Assembly (NCBI GenBank): GCA_963675295.2
Contig: CAXXKJ010000002.1
Span: forward strand, 1,248,001-1,312,000
Direction: 5' to 3'
Length of the DNA: 64,000 nucleotides
Origin: a bacterium
GTDB lineage: Bacteria; Electryoneota; Electryoneia; Electryoneales; Electryoneaceae
Below, piece by piece: positions 19,855-29,541 of this stretch; positions within the stretch are counted from its first letter, which is position 1; each line of letters starts with the position of its first letter. A model generated the notes under the pieces. That model was not told the origin of the DNA. It did no database searches and saw only the letters and a list, made by a program, of their open reading frames with translations. Both the position numbers and the translations under genes were made by a program.

Positions 19855-20203
19855 CACAGATGCGGGGACACATTCTCCGAATGTGTCCCCGCGAATTCAA
19901 TCGAATAACTATCCCGGCTGCCAGTCAGCGGGCCGGATTGATGTAGACGTCAGCAAGCCGTGAACTCATGGGAGTGTGCTCCGGCTTGGTTGTCACCAGG
20001 GCTGAAAACTCTTCTCAGCAGATGTAGATCAGCCTCTCCGCAGACGGGTGGCCCAGCAGCGCCCGTCTCTTCCCACGACCACCGGCAGGTTCGCGAGAAC
20101 CTCGCCGGTGTGTCATTTTCGTGACCTGAGACGTGTGACCTGAGACCTGAGACCTGAGTCTTGAGACTTGAGTTCTGAGTTATGAAATGGTGATACCGAA
20201 GTG

Positions 20204-20331
20204 GTGTCATTCTGAACGGAACGAAGAGAAGTGAAGAATCTACCTGAAGATACGGGAGAGGTACACCGTCGATCCGTAGCCGGCGCATCCAGCAGATCCT
20301 TCATCCGATACACCCGGATTCAGGATGACAC
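20204..20331. repeat. GTCAT(T/C)CTGAA...TTCAGGATGAC inverted-repeat element
   Basis: Outer IR 20204-20216 / 20319-20331, inner TGAAGAATCT / AGATCCTTCA; half copies near 43723 and 62983. Confidence 0.7.
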
Positions 20332-20393
20332 ACCGACTATCGACTACCGACCACCGATTACCGACTACCGATTACCGGCCACCGGCCACCGCC

Positions 20394-20852
20394 TCACTTT
20401 CCCGTGCTGCCGAATCCGCCTGATCCGCGCTTGGTTTCCGGCAACTCGTCCCGCAGCACCCAGTCCGCGCGCACGACCGGCTTGATCACCAGCTGCGCGA
20501 TCCGATCCATGCGTTTGATGACAAACGGTTCGTTGCCCACATTCAGCATCAGCACCTTGACCTCGCCACGGTAGTCGCTGTCGATGGTGCCGGGCGCGTT
20601 GGGGATGATGATGTTGTGTTTCAGTGCGAGACCGGACCGTGACCGCACCTGGGCCTCGTACCCTTCCGGCACGGCAATCGCGAAGCCGGTCGGTACGGCT
20701 TGAGCGACGCCGGGATTGAGCATCAGGTCTTGCTCCACCGCCGCGAACACATCCATACCGGCCGAACCGGAACTCATGTACATCGGCAGCGGGATGTCAC
20801 TGGTTTTCGTCTCGTCCAGGCGGGTAATCGCTATCGTCAAGTCACGCTTCAT
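20394..20852 (-). CDS. dut: dUTP diphosphatase
   Basis: GSAGMD, RSRSGLA, GTIDSDYRGE, RIAQL, RGSGGFGSTG. Confidence 0.97.
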   Translation of the reverse strand: MKRDLTIAITRLDETKTSDIPLPMYMSSGSAGMDVFAAVEQDLMLNPGVAQAVPTGFAIAVPEGYEAQVRSRSGLALKHNIIIPNAPGTIDSDYRGEVKVLMLNVGNEPFVIKRMDRIAQLVIKPVVRADWVLRDELPETKRGSGGFGSTGK

Positions 20853-20934
20853 CGCAAGAATCTCCGGTTGTCAGGGCGAGCAATATACGGGTGGGGGGCG
20901 GTGCGGAGAAAGGCCGGGCTGACATGTACCGGCA

Positions 20935-21147
20935 TCACTCATCCTCCTCCTGGTAGTCCAGCAGGTCGCCCGGCTTGCACTCCAGCTCGCGGCATAACGC
21001 GGCCAGGGTGCTGAAACGGATCGCCTTCGCCTTGTTCGTCTTCAGGATCGAAAGGTTGGCGAGAGTGATCCCGACACGGTCGGCGAGCTCGGTAAGCGTC
21101 ATGCCACGTTCGAGCAGCAAACGGTCAAGGTTGACGTAAATCGACAT
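20935..21147 (-). CDS. XRE/Cro-type HTH regulator (YozG-like)
   Basis: LADRVGITLANLSILKTNKAKAIRFSTL...CKPGDLL. Confidence 0.93.
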   Translation of the reverse strand: MSIYVNLDRLLLERGMTLTELADRVGITLANLSILKTNKAKAIRFSTLAALCRELECKPGDLLDYQEEDE

Positions 21148-21160
21148 GCAGAATCCCTCG

Positions 21161-21820
21161 CTAGACCGTCAGGTCGCTTTCTCGTTGCAAACGTGCGCCG
21201 CGCCGGAAGATTTCGCCGAGCATGAAGAACACCAGCGCATACAGAAACGGCCACAGGGTGAGATAGCCGAACGACGCCTCGATGTCGAAACCGTTTCCGT
21301 TCAAGCCAACAATCTCCGCGACACGAAATTGTGTCCACACATGCGCGCCGAAATCGATCACCACCCGCAGCAGGATGAACCATCCGATCAGGTCGAGCCG
21401 TTTCGCGTTCGCCGGGTCGAACGGGTGATCGCGAACATATGATCTCGCCAGCCGGTGCACCATCAGCAGGATCAACCCCATCAACAGCATCAGCGCAGTG
21501 TACCGCAGCGTGCTCAGGTAGACGATACCACGCGGCGGATCGTACAGGATCAGACGGCCCTTGTCACCATACAGATTCCCGAACGCTGGCGGATCGTTAT
21601 CCCAGTCAACCGTTGACGGTTGCGGTTCGCCGTGAAGCAGATAGCCGCTCACATAATACTGCACGGTAACCGGAAAGCTGCGTTTGAAGTAGTCCGGGTT
21701 GAACACGTACACCACCGAACCATAGAGGAAGCCAACCGCTCCAAGGCCGAACAGAATCCACATCAGCCGCATCAACCACGGCAGAACTTTCGCCAGCGGA
21801 CGTTGAGGAAGTGAGATCAT
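21161..21820 (-). CDS. DUF2975 family membrane protein
   Basis: Multiple TM segments, PFDPANAKRL, C-terminal IFRRGARLQRESDLTV; usual partner of the YozG-like HTH. Confidence 0.85.
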   Translation of the reverse strand: MISLPQRPLAKVLPWLMRLMWILFGLGAVGFLYGSVVYVFNPDYFKRSFPVTVQYYVSGYLLHGEPQPSTVDWDNDPPAFGNLYGDKGRLILYDPPRGIVYLSTLRYTALMLLMGLILLMVHRLARSYVRDHPFDPANAKRLDLIGWFILLRVVIDFGAHVWTQFRVAEIVGLNGNGFDIEASFGYLTLWPFLYALVFFMLGEIFRRGARLQRESDLTV

Positions 21821-21860
21821 TTTGCGTTCCCCCTCAGTATATCGCATTCCCTCGGCATCC

Positions 21861-21917
21861 ATCGATTATCGATAAATCTATATTGAATATCAATAAAATC
21901 TTATCGAAAAACAATAT
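21861..21917. promoter_or_regulatory. AT-rich palindromic operator region for DUF2975/HTH operon
   Basis: TTATCGATAA, TATTGAATATCAATA and TTATCGAAAAACAATA repeats upstream of the operon. Confidence 0.55.
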
Positions 21918-22007
21918 GCCTCTCGAGCTGGAATATCGACTCATCGGAGTTCGAACGAAGTCACTCAGTAACTGCCGTTTGGGTGTCGGAAGCTTGGTAC
22001 GAAAGGT

Positions 22008-22754
22008 TTAGAACCGGTAGCCAAGCCCGGCGAAGATGAAGGCGTACAGCTCACTTCCGTTGTTGTGAAATTCTAAGGGTTGTTGTACCGTGGGAAGGTC
22101 GGTGGGCACGACGCTGCGATCTTCTTTGGGCTCGTTCACCACTCCTTGAACGGACAGCAGCAGATGCTCCGTCAGCGCGATATCGACAAAAGCCCGGCCC
22201 TGGAAACAGATCGTGTCCATGGCCCGGCCAAATGCCAGTTCCACGCGCGCATCACTGCGTTCGGCGAGTGCAAACACCAGGTGAACGCCGAACATGGCGT
22301 GGATGAAATCCTTGTCATCGCTCCGTGTTTCCTGCGTGTACTCGACAGGATCGCCTGTCTCGAGCCAGGCCTCGTACTCACGTGCCACACGACTCACACC
22401 CAGATCCGCCTGAACGCCGAATCCGAGGGCATGGTTCGCCGACGACATGTCGTTCGAGATGGAAAACGTGCTGACCAACGATTCAAGTCCATACCCATTC
22501 AATGCTGGAGAGTACTTGTCAGCATGGATGGCTAGCACGCGAAAATCGAACAGGTTGAATGTTCCAGGCACAGTGGTCAACAGGAACTGCAGATCGCCGG
22601 TCAGAGAGAACGCAGGACCTCGCGCGTCCGGATCAAGCGCACGTCCGGCACAGGCGGAGAGCTGGGTTCGGTGATACGAAAAGGCGTGGCTGGTTGCTGG
22701 AATGAGTAAAAGGATAGAGAGCAAGGCTGGAACGACGATAAATGTAGCACGCAT
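22008..22754 (-). CDS. Putative outer-membrane beta-barrel protein (paralog 1)
   Basis: Signal peptide, amphipathic strands, C-terminal FAGLGYRF. Confidence 0.7.
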   Translation of the reverse strand: MRATFIVVPALLSILLLIPATSHAFSYHRTQLSACAGRALDPDARGPAFSLTGDLQFLLTTVPGTFNLFDFRVLAIHADKYSPALNGYGLESLVSTFSISNDMSSANHALGFGVQADLGVSRVAREYEAWLETGDPVEYTQETRSDDKDFIHAMFGVHLVFALAERSDARVELAFGRAMDTICFQGRAFVDIALTEHLLLSVQGVVNEPKEDRSVVPTDLPTVQQPLEFHNNGSELYAFIFAGLGYRF

Positions 22755-22793
22755 GATTCCCCCGTATCAAAGCAGTGCAGGTGCGGGGATGAT

Positions 22794-23513
22794 TCAGAAC
22801 TGGTAGCCGACCCCCGCAAAGACAAACAGATACTGGCGGCTGTTTTCAAACATAATGTTGTTGACCGGCTCGACGCCACCGGAAAGACCATTTTCGAACA
22901 CGTGATTCGCGACGCCGTTGACATTCAACGAGATACCATCGCGCAGCGGAACATCCAGCATCAACCGCTGCTGCACACCGAACTCACCCATCACGATGCC
23001 AACCATCGTTTTCGAACGCAGCGAAAACAAACCGCTGGCATCCCAGTCCATCGCCATTCCGGTGAGTACGACGGGGAAGGTGGTCTGATCCTGCACGGTC
23101 TCCACGGCATTCTCGACGCTCGCACTCGGGGCGGCGCGTTCCACGTACGTCAATCCGACCTCGACCGCCGGCATGAAATGCAGGTTGCTGTGCCGCGGGT
23201 CGGTCATCAGGTGCCAGGTGAAATCGCCGGTGACGGAACTGAGGCTGTAGTTGCCATACGTTTGCGAGCTGTAGTAACGGTCGGCGTGGATCAGGTGCAG
23301 CTGGGCGCTGACGAACTCGGCTTCGGGCACATACTTGCCGACACGCAGGCGCGCGGACGCATCCATGGCGTACACACCATCTTCGACACCCGCCATGTAG
23401 GATTGTCCCACCATCGGGGTAACGTGGACGTTGTCCATTTCGATCGCCGCGGCGGGGCTCAGGAACGCAGCTGCCAGCAGCAGGGCGCAGGTAAGACCGA
23501 TTCGAGTAGCCAT
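22794..23513 (-). CDS. Putative outer-membrane beta-barrel protein (paralog 2)
   Basis: Signal peptide, IHADRY motif, C-terminal FAGVGYQF; start uncertain (23513 or 23528). Confidence 0.7.
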   Translation of the reverse strand: MATRIGLTCALLLAAAFLSPAAAIEMDNVHVTPMVGQSYMAGVEDGVYAMDASARLRVGKYVPEAEFVSAQLHLIHADRYYSSQTYGNYSLSSVTGDFTWHLMTDPRHSNLHFMPAVEVGLTYVERAAPSASVENAVETVQDQTTFPVVLTGMAMDWDASGLFSLRSKTMVGIVMGEFGVQQRLMLDVPLRDGISLNVNGVANHVFENGLSGGVEPVNNIMFENSRQYLFVFAGVGYQF

Positions 23514-23837
23514 GTTCGTCACCATCATTAGTCCGTGAAACCAAGATAACACCAAAGACAACTTCCGTCTCGACTTTTTTCCCGCCCCACTCAATTTTTC
23601 GAATTCGCCGTTTCCCGTCCGCTTGTTCAAACATACGAAATACTTTTACAAAAAAGACGAAATACCGAGAACTGATTATAAATAAGTTGATTTTATGCTC
23701 AACCTCCCGGAGGCTGACAGGAGAGCCAGGGAGAAATCAAACAGCGGGCCGGGCGAGGGTGTTGTGGAAACATGTGGTGGAGCTGCCAGAAAGCGGGTGC
23801 GATTGGCAGGGTCAAACGGCCCGGTTACCCGAGATGA

Positions 23838-24578
23838 TCAGAAGACGAGCTGCAACCCGGCGAAGAGAAAGCCCCAGCCTTCCCAGCCACCGGTGGAAAA
23901 GACCGAGGTACCGAGGTACTTGCTGTCATAATTCGGGTAATTTCCTTCCTTGATGTTGCAGAACTGGCCGCTGACAATGGCTGACCACCATTCGTTGAGT
24001 TGCACATCAACCGCAGCTTCAGCCAGCAGAGCTGTATTTTTGATCACGCCGCCGTAGGCTTCGATACGGATACTTGTTCGCGGGAACAAAGGGCCTTGCA
24101 ACCGCAACCCACCCATCAACGCGCCGGTAAAATCCTCGGCATCGGGGTAGTATGAGATCGTTTCATCCGGAAGACGTCGATAATTGGGGATTCCGGTGTA
24201 TTCTCGCGTGAGTTTGTACGCGCCGAATAGAACGGAAGGTAAAACACCGAATTCACCACGCCGCAAATTGCCGCTAATGTCAATGCTTGCCCCGGCGAGA
24301 ACGCCGGTCATGCCGTATTGGTAGTCCGTGATACTCTGGTAGGCGTTCGCGGTCAGGAAGCGGACGTGGAACAGTTGGAATGCGCGGTCATGCCGCAGGT
24401 TGTGCGTATCATTCAGCCCGAATTGGAATTGCCCGATAATCCCGTACTCCGCGCCGGAGTCCAGCATCGCCGGTCCGGCCTGCACGTCGAGCCGTGCATG
24501 GCTGAACTCAAGCTTTGCCCAGGCCTGTGAGACCGACAAGCAGATAAGTGTGAGGATGACCCAGAACCGAGCGTGCAT
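23838..24578 (-). CDS. Putative outer-membrane beta-barrel protein (paralog 3)
   Basis: Signal peptide ending AWA, C-terminal FAGLQLVF. Confidence 0.7.
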   Translation of the reverse strand: MHARFWVILTLICLSVSQAWAKLEFSHARLDVQAGPAMLDSGAEYGIIGQFQFGLNDTHNLRHDRAFQLFHVRFLTANAYQSITDYQYGMTGVLAGASIDISGNLRRGEFGVLPSVLFGAYKLTREYTGIPNYRRLPDETISYYPDAEDFTGALMGGLRLQGPLFPRTSIRIEAYGGVIKNTALLAEAAVDVQLNEWWSAIVSGQFCNIKEGNYPNYDSKYLGTSVFSTGGWEGWGFLFAGLQLVF

Positions 24579-24703
24579 AAGGCTTCCCGTCAGTTGGTCC
24601 CTGTAATCTATATGCACAAAAAGGGGACGGCAAATCGGGACACCGTTTCCGGTCATCCCGTGCCATCCCCTCTCGTAGCTCAGTAGTTGCGGTCCCGCTA
24701 CGT

Positions 24704-26515
24704 TTACCTCACAAGCATCACCTTGCGCACGGCGTTCAGCTCACCTGGCACCGTGGCGCGGACGAAATACAGACCGCTGGCGAGGGTGGACGCATCAAAC
24801 GTCAGACGGTGTTCGCCGGCGTTATACGTACTGTTCGCCACTGTCGCCACCTGCTGGCCGGTGATGTTGTAAACGGTCACCTTCAGCTCGGCCATTTCCG
24901 GCAGCGTCACGTGGATTGTCGTCGCGGCGTTGAACGGGTTCGGATACACAGCTGTCAAGGCGTACTCGCCCGGGAGGGCCGCATCCGCGATAATCGGCTC
25001 AGGCTGGTCGCCGAGCAGCGTGCCGCTAAGCTCTGCCGGTCCATCGGTTGCGCCGGTTTTGGTAAACGTCATGATTGAACGTCCGCGCGGCACATCTCCG
25101 GATCGCAGGGTCAGCTCCAGCGCGTATTCACCTGCGGGAGCTCCACCTGGAACTTGCACCGAACACGACTGGAGGCGTACCGGCTCCCCGGGTTGAAACG
25201 TCCTGGTAACCTGGTCGATCAGCATGGGATCGCCGTCAGGCATTATGGCATCGAGCCTGATCGTGTAATTCATGGGCGTAGCGAGACCATTTCGCACCAG
25301 CACATTAAAACTGACCTGTCCGCCCTGCGGGGTGAAATCATAGCGGTCTTTCAGATGTGCCAACAGCTCAAGTTGTGGGACGCCAATTCCCGGTTCCAGC
25401 TTGATCAGCCACGGTTCGTTCTCCGGCGTCATGCCGAGGCAGATGAAGCCGCCGTCAATCGTGCGCTTAATGCTGGTTAACACCCCGTCTCCGGGAAACA
25501 GTTCCCAGCTCTGGTTGCTGGTTGTGGTGAATTCGGTGATATAGGCGTGCTGGGTTGGAGAATCGACCGGAGTGTTTTCACCGACGACAAACGCTGAGTA
25601 TTCATCGCCATAATAGGACTCAATAGCAACGTCATGTCCTCGGCGAATATGGTCATCCTGCCAGTTGCCGACGGTCTGCGCCCACAGGATATCGCCTTCC
25701 TGTGTCGTCCGCATGACATACAGTCCATAGTCGGTCGGATCGTTGAATCCACCTTCGATGTAGGTATCCCCGACCGTAATCAACGTGCCGTCTTGCAGCT
25801 GCTCGGTGGCATAGCTGCGATAATCTGCAGCGGTGACGTGCGCATCATAATCCAGCTGCGTGCCGTCCTCGAGGAACCAGACGTAATAAACCGCCCAGTT
25901 CATGTCGTTTGTGTACCAACCGGCGGTGAGATACGATCCATCGTTCAATTGTTCGATGTCTTCCGCGTGCGCGACGTGCCCGCCAGGCTCGTAGGCATAC
26001 TCAATCGTCTCCGGATTCAAACCGAATCGATCCAGCCGGTTCAGGAACATTGATCCCATGGAATGCAGCAGGAAGTTGCCCCTGGCTGTTTGGTGCAGGT
26101 CACGCGGATAAACTGCACCCGCGAAATTGAAGTTTGGCCGGACCCAGATTGGGTTCGGATTTCCCGGCTGGAACTTGACGTCGAACGCGTCGTGCCCGCC
26201 GGTGAAGGTTCCGGCGACGAAGTAGTTGCCGTCAAAAGTCGGCGTGCAGATGGCGTTGGCGATGTCATTGCCCCAACTGATCGTTTCGATCTCGTTGCCG
26301 TCCATGTCAAAGCGATGGAGACGCAGCTGGCTACCGTCCGCGCTGGAGGTCGCGTAAGCGAGCAGGATGTCGCCATTGTGACAGATTTCCACCGACAACG
26401 GAGTCTGGTAAGGATCTGCTGGCACGGGAATAATCGTTTCCCACTCAATGTCGGGCTGGGCGTTGACGGTGATGGCGAGGAAAAGTGCTGCGATACAGAC
26501 GAGAATAGTCTTCAT
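24704..26515 (-). CDS. Secreted beta-propeller-like protein with adaptor and C-terminal sorting domain
   Basis: Signal peptide; DGxY/F...G repeats; VPGGAPAGEY; VYPNPFN...KVMLVR. Confidence 0.85.
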   Translation of the reverse strand: MKTILVCIAALFLAITVNAQPDIEWETIIPVPADPYQTPLSVEICHNGDILLAYATSSADGSQLRLHRFDMDGNEIETISWGNDIANAICTPTFDGNYFVAGTFTGGHDAFDVKFQPGNPNPIWVRPNFNFAGAVYPRDLHQTARGNFLLHSMGSMFLNRLDRFGLNPETIEYAYEPGGHVAHAEDIEQLNDGSYLTAGWYTNDMNWAVYYVWFLEDGTQLDYDAHVTAADYRSYATEQLQDGTLITVGDTYIEGGFNDPTDYGLYVMRTTQEGDILWAQTVGNWQDDHIRRGHDVAIESYYGDEYSAFVVGENTPVDSPTQHAYITEFTTTSNQSWELFPGDGVLTSIKRTIDGGFICLGMTPENEPWLIKLEPGIGVPQLELLAHLKDRYDFTPQGGQVSFNVLVRNGLATPMNYTIRLDAIMPDGDPMLIDQVTRTFQPGEPVRLQSCSVQVPGGAPAGEYALELTLRSGDVPRGRSIMTFTKTGATDGPAELSGTLLGDQPEPIIADAALPGEYALTAVYPNPFNAATTIHVTLPEMAELKVTVYNITGQQVATVANSTYNAGEHRLTFDASTLASGLYFVRATVPGELNAVRKVMLVR

Positions 26516-26740
26516 GGTACGCTCCGGTTATTCGGTAAAGTTTTTATCCACTGGAAAATAGGTCGTTTCAGATCTCCGGACAATTGGATTTGGGGTTTTG
26601 TTTCATTTCATGCAAGCTCCCGGAGATCGCTTCGAACCGCGTGCAATCACTCAAAACAGCCCGGTGTCAATCTGACACCGGGCTGTGGATCGACTACGTA
26701 TCGGACCAGTAACCGATTACCGACGACCGATTTTTCCCGC

Positions 26741-29200
26741 TTACCGCACGAGCATCACCTTCTGCACGGCGTTCAGTTCGCACGGCACCTCGGCGCGGAC
26801 GAAATACAGCCCGCTGGCGAGAGTGGACGCATCAAACGTTAGCCGGTGTTCGCCGGCGTTGAACGTACTGTTCGCAACCGTCGCCACCTGCTGGCCGGTG
26901 ATGTTGAAGACGGACACATTTAGCTCAGCCGTTTCCGGCAGAGTGATGTGAATCGTCGTCGCGGCGTTGAACGGGTTCGGGTAGACACCCACCAGCTCAT
27001 ACGCGGACGGCAGATCAACACCCTCGGTTTCAGCAGCCATGAGGTCCGGCCATGGCGTGCTGGATTTCCAGTCCACCGGATCGAACTCGTAGTCTTCCCC
27101 GCCAACGCCGGTCGCGAGCTTGTTGAACGGGAACGAGTCGTGAATGATGCTGTTCGGGTAGTAACCGAGGTGGCCGTAGAAGGTGTAGTTCCCGGCCGGA
27201 GCCATCGCGGGTACTGACAGCGACATCTGCGGAACAGTGATGTTCGCCATCGCCGGAATGTTGACCGAGATCTGCGACACCGGGCCGTAATCCGAACCGT
27301 TCGGCAGCGTAACCATGGTCCAGTAGTTCACGTTCTGGAACGACTGGTTGACGTAGGTTTCGAGGTGTGCGCTGTAGGTGACGTTGCCACCATTGGCGCC
27401 GACCGTGGTGTTGATGCCGGTCAGCTCGAGGTCGGCGTACGGGTTGCCGCCACCGTCCGGGTTCCAGAAGCCGTTCCATTCCCAATCGTCCGCGGACTGG
27501 AAGAAGCCGCTGCTGTCCACGTGCATCGGGTAGTTGACCAGCCACTCGGCGTTGGATTCGAACAGATCGATCAGTTCCTGCTTGCCGATACGGTGGTAGA
27601 TGACTTCGTTGTCGGTCGCATCACCGATTGGGTCTGTACCGCCCGGGCAGGCAACGCCGGGGTCGAAATCGTTGGTGTAGGTCAGGTGCAGGAAATCGCC
27701 GCCCTCGTCCGGTGCGAGGCTCATCTCCCGTTCGCTCTGGGTCGCATAGGGCAACAGGTTGGTTCCCATGTTACGGGTGTTGGTAATGTTCACGCCCTTG
27801 GTCCAGTGCTTTCCGTTGTTCGGTGAGGCGGAGATGTAAATGTCGGACGCAGCATAGCCTTCATCCGAACAGTCATAGCCATACTGGCCGTTGTTGTCGC
27901 CTTCCTCGCCGTACTGCACCCAGGCGACCCAGAGCAGATCGTTTTCCATGTCCCACGTGATCGACGGGTTGCAGACAATCCGTTCCCACACCGCCGGGTA
28001 GGCGAAGTTGAAGAAGTTGCCGTCCGCGACCAATGTCACGTACTGGTCCACACTGTTCCAGTAATAGATCCGCGAGGTGTACGTGATCGTGCCTTCGTAG
28101 AAGAAGTAACCGGCGACGGTGAAGACAACGTGCAGCGTGTTGTCGGCGTCATACACCATGTCGGTTTCGCAGTAGGCACGCATCGTGTCCTGGTTGGCGG
28201 TGGTAGTATCCGGCAAAGCGTTCGGATCCGGCGGGAGGAAATCGGTCACATTAAACGCGTTGTTCACACCCCAGTTCCAGTTGTCGCCTCCGTCGGTGCT
28301 TTCCCAGATGTAGACGTCATTGTTGAACTGTGTTGACTGGTCGCCTTCACCGAGAGTGTTGAAGCGGCCGATGGTCTGCGCGATGGCGACATGTTCACCG
28401 TTCGGCGAAACCGCGACGCTTCCCGACAGGTTCATCGCGATGTCGGTGATCAGCGCCTGGTCGGAACCGCCCGGGGTGGTGGTAGTGAAGATTGCGCCGG
28501 TATCTTCGTACGTCGCCCGGTGGTAGTAGAGGCCGTCTTCCAGCAGGTTGTCCGGGTCGTACTCGTTGAGGATCGTGTGCAGTTGATAATCCGAGTTGTA
28601 CATCCCGCCCGCGCCATGTGGCCACATGGTGACGACGGCAACTTCCGGGATCGCATACTGGTTGAACAGGTTTGGCACGAACGGATTCGGTGCCGCGTGA
28701 TATGAAGTGTAGTCGTCATTGCCGTGATAGGTCATCAGGACATCTTCATTCGTCGCGCTCATCTCGACGACGGTGTACGCGCTCCACCAGGACGTGGAAA
28801 CCTGGGTTGGATTCGTTGACCAGGTCATCGTGCCGTCGTAGGCCATGTAGCCTTCGCGGGTGTAGACATACGAGGTCGCGGTCGGTGTTGCCCGGTAGGT
28901 ATAGGCAAACTGGACGAGCTGCGAACCGCCATTCTCCGGATCGTCAACTGCGATCATGCGACCCACCGCAGAGTTGTGCTGCATGTCGCGCCAGGTCATC
29001 CCGACCACGAGCGTATCGCCGACGATTTCCTCCAGCTGGTTGGTTGGACGCTGCCCGTAGACGGCGGCACCGTTGAGTCCGTCATCCGTGGCGATCTTCT
29101 GGTACAGTGTGTTGGCCGGCAGTTCAGGTGATGGTGTTGCGAATGCGACTCCAGCGAGCAGTAACAACAGTGCAGAAAGTAGAATGGATGTGGCTTTCAT
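26741..29200 (-). CDS. Secreted protein with Asp-box/BNR-like repeats, adaptor and C-terminal sorting domain
   Basis: Signal peptide; STDGGDNW and SPNNGKHW Asp-boxes; VYPNPFN...KVMLVR. Confidence 0.85.
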   Translation of the reverse strand: MKATSILLSALLLLLAGVAFATPSPELPANTLYQKIATDDGLNGAAVYGQRPTNQLEEIVGDTLVVGMTWRDMQHNSAVGRMIAVDDPENGGSQLVQFAYTYRATPTATSYVYTREGYMAYDGTMTWSTNPTQVSTSWWSAYTVVEMSATNEDVLMTYHGNDDYTSYHAAPNPFVPNLFNQYAIPEVAVVTMWPHGAGGMYNSDYQLHTILNEYDPDNLLEDGLYYHRATYEDTGAIFTTTTPGGSDQALITDIAMNLSGSVAVSPNGEHVAIAQTIGRFNTLGEGDQSTQFNNDVYIWESTDGGDNWNWGVNNAFNVTDFLPPDPNALPDTTTANQDTMRAYCETDMVYDADNTLHVVFTVAGYFFYEGTITYTSRIYYWNSVDQYVTLVADGNFFNFAYPAVWERIVCNPSITWDMENDLLWVAWVQYGEEGDNNGQYGYDCSDEGYAASDIYISASPNNGKHWTKGVNITNTRNMGTNLLPYATQSEREMSLAPDEGGDFLHLTYTNDFDPGVACPGGTDPIGDATDNEVIYHRIGKQELIDLFESNAEWLVNYPMHVDSSGFFQSADDWEWNGFWNPDGGGNPYADLELTGINTTVGANGGNVTYSAHLETYVNQSFQNVNYWTMVTLPNGSDYGPVSQISVNIPAMANITVPQMSLSVPAMAPAGNYTFYGHLGYYPNSIIHDSFPFNKLATGVGGEDYEFDPVDWKSSTPWPDLMAAETEGVDLPSAYELVGVYPNPFNAATTIHITLPETAELNVSVFNITGQQVATVANSTFNAGEHRLTFDASTLASGLYFVRAEVPCELNAVQKVMLVR

Positions 29201-29541
29201 CAGAACCCCCTCTTTGTAGAAAAGTGATTGGTTACCGACAAGACACTCAATTGTGTCTGCGCAATGCTATCATTTAACATAACACAGTAGAGCGTGAATA
29301 CCATGAATATTCCGACATTTTTGTCAGTATTTCATCTTGTACGACGAAGATTTTCCTCTCCTAACTTGGAAGTCGTTCGCATTTGTACATCTGCGGTTAC
29401 TCGGCGAGATACAGATTCAGCGAGGCAGGTGAGCGCAAAACGAGTCCTCCCGGAAGGAGGAACCCGGCATTGTCGTTGAATCGGCAGGTGGGGTTCTAAT
29501 GTTGAGGCAGTCGGAATCAGATTCCAATGTCGGCAGCGGTG

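Noticed and set aside
16147-19857. Long antisense ORFs (722 and 496 aa) and similar shadows at 33055, 44265, 31258 and 5886
   Set aside because: They mirror real genes on the opposite strand, as expected from high-GC codon bias, and have no recognisable motifs
19939-20112. tRNA-Sec, 6S or SRP RNA
   Set aside because: No UCA anticodon arm with TTCG T-loop, no long 6S-type duplex and no SRP GGAA loop motif recognised
20394-21147. dUTPase plus XRE regulator as a prophage remnant
   Set aside because: Ordinary dut and a typical DUF2975/YozG-like pair; no phage genes or integrase
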